Of a stretch of 64,000 nucleotides of DNA, positions 60,558-64,000 are shown one piece after another. The translations under genes were made by a program, and so were the position numbers. The stretch lies in the IMG/VR virus record IMGVR_UViG_3300027659_000028; one strand, 5' to 3'. The notes beneath the pieces were generated by a model. The model worked only from the letters and a program-made list of their open reading frames with translations. It had not been told where the DNA came from and made no database searches. Source of the stretch: an uncultured virus (IMG/VR IMGVR_UViG_3300027659_000028). Its lineage: Duplodnaviria > Heunggongvirae > Uroviricota > Caudoviricetes. Positions within the stretch are counted from its first letter, which is position 1. Each line of letters starts with the position of its first letter.

Positions 60558-61892
60558 TTATTTGCGGGTTTTGTCGAATCCAGTGGATGAGGTTTTCAGG
60601 GTTTTCTCGGCAGCGGATCTGACCTTGTCCGCTTTTGCGCTGATCGCTTCAGGTGACCCCGTGAGGTTTTTCGGGTCCTTGTAGAAATCAATCATGATTT
60701 GCTTGATCGCTGAGTTGGCCTTCTCTTCTTTTTCTTGCTGGAACCTTTGGCGGGCCAGCTGGGAATCCCCCTCGCGATCCCCGATCTGACTGTTCGTGTT
60801 GCTTGCGGCAAGATCTGCTTTTTTCCTTTCGCGTTCAAGCTCATCCTCTTTTTGGCGGGCACTAAAGTCCATCCAATCCTTGTCGATCCGGCCAACCAGC
60901 GGACGCATGTGCGCGTTCATCTCGGCCATCTTCACCTTGAACGCATCTTTGGTTGCCGGGTCTTTCATGTCCAAACGCTCCGATGCAATCTTAAGGAGAT
61001 TGTCCGAAAGTGCCTTGCGGGTGGAGGTGGCTTGATAAAGGGACGCGTGAGCTTTCACGGCAGACTCAATCGCCTTGTCTTCAGGAGATCCTTCAGGAGC
61101 CACGTTGCGAGCGTTACCATATTGGATTTCAATCTCCTCTGGAGAAAGATCATTACTTAGGTTCACTCCCTTGCCTTTGAGGCCGTTGATGATGGGTTGG
61201 ATCTGGTCGATGATCTTCTTGTTGTATTTTTCAAGATTGGACGCCTTGCCCAATCCCTCAACCATCATGCCCATCTGCCTGACATCCGAAGCCATGTCGG
61301 GATCATTGCCGTAATGCTGGCCCCATCCAGCCAGCTGGACCGAGAGATCATGATGGTCATCGCTGATTTGACCGGACAGCTGGTAAAGGTTGTTCACCGA
61401 GTTGGAATCGACATCATCTTGTAAAATCTTGTTCTGGCTCGAGAGGAGACGTCCTGACGACAACGCGTTATCCATATTTAAACTAGCAAGCTCTTTCCTT
61501 TTAGGTTCATTGGCATCCCACTCGTCCATGGCGGTTGACTCCGCTTTCATCTTCCTTGCTTTGTGCGTAGATTCCGAAGCGTTGGTCAGGGCGTCTGCCG
61601 CCTCCTTGATCCGCTTGTTGCCGGGATTGCGCATCTGAAGCTGGGCGAGCACCTTGGCGTTGCCCTCGTAGTCGTCAGGAGCAATCCCCATCTTCCTGTA
61701 TTCCTCGTCGAACGCGTCAAACTGCTGGGATTCTTTCTCCTCCTTGGCCGCGTCTCGCTTCATCTTGTCAATCCCAAGCGCTCCAGATTCATTCCCTTGT
61801 CGCAACCTAATCAGGTTCTCTACCGCCATGCTTTCGGGCAGGACGTTAAAAGCGGAGACCGCTGTGTCGTAATCGGAGGAAGAGTAGGGCAT
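60558..61892 (-). CDS. probable internal virion / ejection protein
   Basis: 444 aa helical, directly upstream of the giant gene. Confidence 0.6.
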   Translation of the reverse strand: MPYSSSDYDTAVSAFNVLPESMAVENLIRLRQGNESGALGIDKMKRDAAKEEKESQQFDAFDEEYRKMGIAPDDYEGNAKVLAQLQMRNPGNKRIKEAADALTNASESTHKARKMKAESTAMDEWDANEPKRKELASLNMDNALSSGRLLSSQNKILQDDVDSNSVNNLYQLSGQISDDHHDLSVQLAGWGQHYGNDPDMASDVRQMGMMVEGLGKASNLEKYNKKIIDQIQPIINGLKGKGVNLSNDLSPEEIEIQYGNARNVAPEGSPEDKAIESAVKAHASLYQATSTRKALSDNLLKIASERLDMKDPATKDAFKVKMAEMNAHMRPLVGRIDKDWMDFSARQKEDELERERKKADLAASNTNSQIGDREGDSQLARQRFQQEKEEKANSAIKQIMIDFYKDPKNLTGSPEAISAKADKVRSAAEKTLKTSSTGFDKTRK

Positions 61893-61918
61893 GGGCGTGT
61901 TTAGTCAGGCTAAAGTTA

Positions 61919-63550
61919 TCAGGCGTATCTCTGAAGGAAGTTGGATCGTTCACGGACTTCGTTGATCGGGGCTTGGTAGGCAGCGGCCCGCTGCTGGAGC
62001 TTGTTGTCTATGGAGGCTTGGTCGGGTGATCTTGCCTCTTTTTTAAGGGAATCGTTGGTTTTGCTTATGATACGATTTCCAGTAACACCAGTAGCCATGT
62101 CATCGTAAGTATGCTCTTTTGATCCATACTCAAGATTTTGAGCGACTCCGTCGAGGTAAGCGATCCTGCTTTTTCGAGATTCCTGTTCTTTGTCTGCAAT
62201 CTCAATCTCAGTTTTCCTGTATTCAGCGGACTGTCTTGATGTTTCTTCCTTTTCGATTTGTTCTGGAGACTTGGCTGAAGGAGACTTGATCTTATCCGCC
62301 AAAGCCTTCATGGCGTTGATATTCTCATCGCCAAGACTGGGGAATTTTTCAGAAAAGCTTCTTCGGCTTTCCTCAAGACGTGATTTCTCCGCTTCTTCTG
62401 GGGTTGGCTCCTTAGCGGAAAGCGTCGGCATCCGGCTGTCCGTCTGCGGCTCCGCCAGCTGATCATTGGAGGCTTGATACAGGGGGTCGATGGAGTCGCC
62501 TTTGCCTGTGTTCTTCGACAAAGACGCAACACCTTTGTCAATCTGCTTGAGCATCTGATCCTTGGTTATTCCAAGGCTTTCCCCATAAGCATAAAGCTCG
62601 TCGTTTGGAGTTCCAGAAAGATGTTCTTCAGGGTTTTTTCGGTTTTTGTCCACTGGTGCGCGGCCAAGTTCGAGCAAATCTTTACCGAGCTTCTGTCTCT
62701 TGAAAACATTCGCCTGCTCTTCAATCGCGTTCTTGCGCTTCGTCTCCCACTCCATTGGTGCTGGCTTGCCCTTTCCCGCCCCACCCTGTGCCACAGGAGG
62801 CGTCGTAGCGGGGACCGGGGCACCTTGTCCCACAGGCTCGCTCGGAGCGCTCACAAGGCCATTCTCGTCCGTCGTCGGAGGAGTAATCCTAGTCCCGCCC
62901 GCAGGCGCAGCTGGATAACCATCTACGCGAGTGCCAACCTCCCCAGTGGATGCACCGTCGCGTTCGGGGATGTAGTTTAAATTTGAGCGAGGCTGGGCGC
63001 TGCCGGGACCGTATTTATCGGTGTTCGTAGCGCTTATGGACGGCTTTGCGTTTGAAGTTGGAGTATCAGCTTGTGATGTTCCCAGCTTTGAATTCCCTCC
63101 GTCAGCGGTGGACGTTCCAATTTTCGAATTCGTTCCACCATCAGCCGTAGCGACACCAACATTCTTGTTTACAGCGTCAGCCTGACCGGCAACCACATCG
63201 GCTGAATTCTGTTTGCCTTGGAGCCGTAGGCCCTCTTTCGTGAAGTTGTCCGCCGTTTGACTGTCTTGATTCCGGTTTTGTTCCGCGTCCCTTATTCCGC
63301 GACCGTTGATATATCCCGGCGTGTCTCTTCGATTTTGCTGCTCTTTGGCCGCCGCAATTCTCACGGATGCTGGCTGGCTGGAATCGCGCATCGTCTTCGA
63401 CAGCATCCGGTCAGAAGCAGCCTGATCCATCCTGTCTGCTTTTGCCGCCCGCTCACCAGCGCTTGGGGCCGCCATGCTATACTTCCTGCTTCCCGTTGGC
63501 TTATCCAGCGAGGAGGTTCCGTTCATTCGTCTTCCGTCTCCGAGTCCCAT
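61919..63550 (-). CDS. probable internal virion / ejection protein (low complexity)
   Basis: 543 aa, disordered composition, virion operon. Confidence 0.55.
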   Translation of the reverse strand: MGLGDGRRMNGTSSLDKPTGSRKYSMAAPSAGERAAKADRMDQAASDRMLSKTMRDSSQPASVRIAAAKEQQNRRDTPGYINGRGIRDAEQNRNQDSQTADNFTKEGLRLQGKQNSADVVAGQADAVNKNVGVATADGGTNSKIGTSTADGGNSKLGTSQADTPTSNAKPSISATNTDKYGPGSAQPRSNLNYIPERDGASTGEVGTRVDGYPAAPAGGTRITPPTTDENGLVSAPSEPVGQGAPVPATTPPVAQGGAGKGKPAPMEWETKRKNAIEEQANVFKRQKLGKDLLELGRAPVDKNRKNPEEHLSGTPNDELYAYGESLGITKDQMLKQIDKGVASLSKNTGKGDSIDPLYQASNDQLAEPQTDSRMPTLSAKEPTPEEAEKSRLEESRRSFSEKFPSLGDENINAMKALADKIKSPSAKSPEQIEKEETSRQSAEYRKTEIEIADKEQESRKSRIAYLDGVAQNLEYGSKEHTYDDMATGVTGNRIISKTNDSLKKEARSPDQASIDNKLQQRAAAYQAPINEVRERSNFLQRYA

Positions 63551-63569
63551 ATTTTAGTCAGGCTAAAGG

Positions 63570-64000
63570 TTAATTGAATTGGCGCGGCTTTCTCCGCAGG
63601 CTGGAATCCATCCCCAGATTGAACTTCTTGGGACCGTGCACCTGTCTCTCCGACAGCTTGATGAACTGGTCAAAGCTCTGCCAATGGCCCATCGCTTCGG
63701 CGTCGTTGCCGACCACCTCCGCGCACACGGCCCGGATGGCACATTTAAGCGCCCCGGAGCTCTCGACGGGGATGACGGAGTCCTCGCTCAACACAGGGGC
63801 TTCCAGCTTCATCAGGACGTAGTAAGGACCGCCCGTGGGAGCAAACCCCAGCGGCATCCGGTATTTGCGGACCAGAACCTCGTCCACCTCCACCGTCCCC
63901 ATGTCCACCACCGACAGGTCGCCGCCGTTCACCCCGTTCTTGAACAGGATGGTCTGGTCCATGATCGACCAGCCTCGCGACTGGTTCCTGAACCCCACCA
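63570..64000 (-). CDS. probable tail adaptor / tubular protein (partial, starts beyond window)
   Basis: open frame to window edge; position upstream of ejection-like genes. Confidence 0.45.
   Translation of the reverse strand, partial: VGFRNQSRGWSIMDQTILFKNGVNGGDLSVVDMGTVEVDEVLVRKYRMPLGFAPTGGPYYVLMKLEAPVLSEDSVIPVESSGALKCAIRAVCAEVVGNDAEAMGHWQSFDQFIKLSERQVHGPKKFNLGMDSSLRRKPRQFN

Larger units (their letters stand above)
2855..63567. repeat. dispersed 15-bp palindrome TTTAGYCNGRCTAAA, 32 copies
   Basis: copies start at 2855, 4810, 5275, 6682, 9406, 11537, 13809, 14537, 15326, 15586, 16715, 17333, 18014, 19488, 21024, 22155, 25913, 29870, 31888, 34577, 36867, 38407, 42853, 44278, 45203, 49188, 50317, 54454, 59152, 60219, 61900, 63553; degenerate copies at 28522 and 57555 (manual scan). 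Confidence 0.97.

Noticed and set aside
2855..63567. Palindrome repeats as a CRISPR array or integron attC sites
   Set aside because: Only 15 bp, spaced 0.3-4.7 kb apart, present inside CDSs; no cas1 or integrase; no attC R/L box structure.
1..64000. tRNA, integrase, lysin genes
   Set aside because: No T-loop/cloverleaf or catalytic signatures recognised; they may lie outside the window.

Overview
This window is most of the genome of a tailed dsDNA phage (podovirus-like gene order, GC-rich, no integrase, DNA polymerase, tRNA or lysin recognised here). Minus-strand virion genes sit at both ends: 1-11.5 kb (TerL, portal, scaffold, major capsid, tail fibre) and 46-64 kb (adaptor-like, two ejection-like proteins, a 4848-aa giant protein). 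They flank a plus-strand early/replication arm at 17.4-46 kb (DUF669 and DUF3127 SSB-like proteins, ERF recombinase, Cas4-like exonuclease, DUF932, primase-helicase, DUF3310, MazG-like, HNH nucleases, many small ORFs). Unusual features read from the sequence: (1) a 15-bp palindrome TTTAGYCNGRCTAAA present 32 times, about every 2 kb, often 1-7 nt before start codons, often supplying stop codons, and kept inside CDSs in different frames; (2) a twister ribozyme and a hammerhead ribozyme bracketing two small genes, which would excise a roughly 625-nt RNA with ligatable ends; (3) two insertions that each left a diverged duplicate of the 5' end of the target gene (terL and an HNH nuclease); (4) small ORFs overprinted inside the giant gene; (5) several long structured non-coding segments; (6) apparent absence of CCWGG. 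All functional calls come from motif recognition and gene context by eye; no database search was run.
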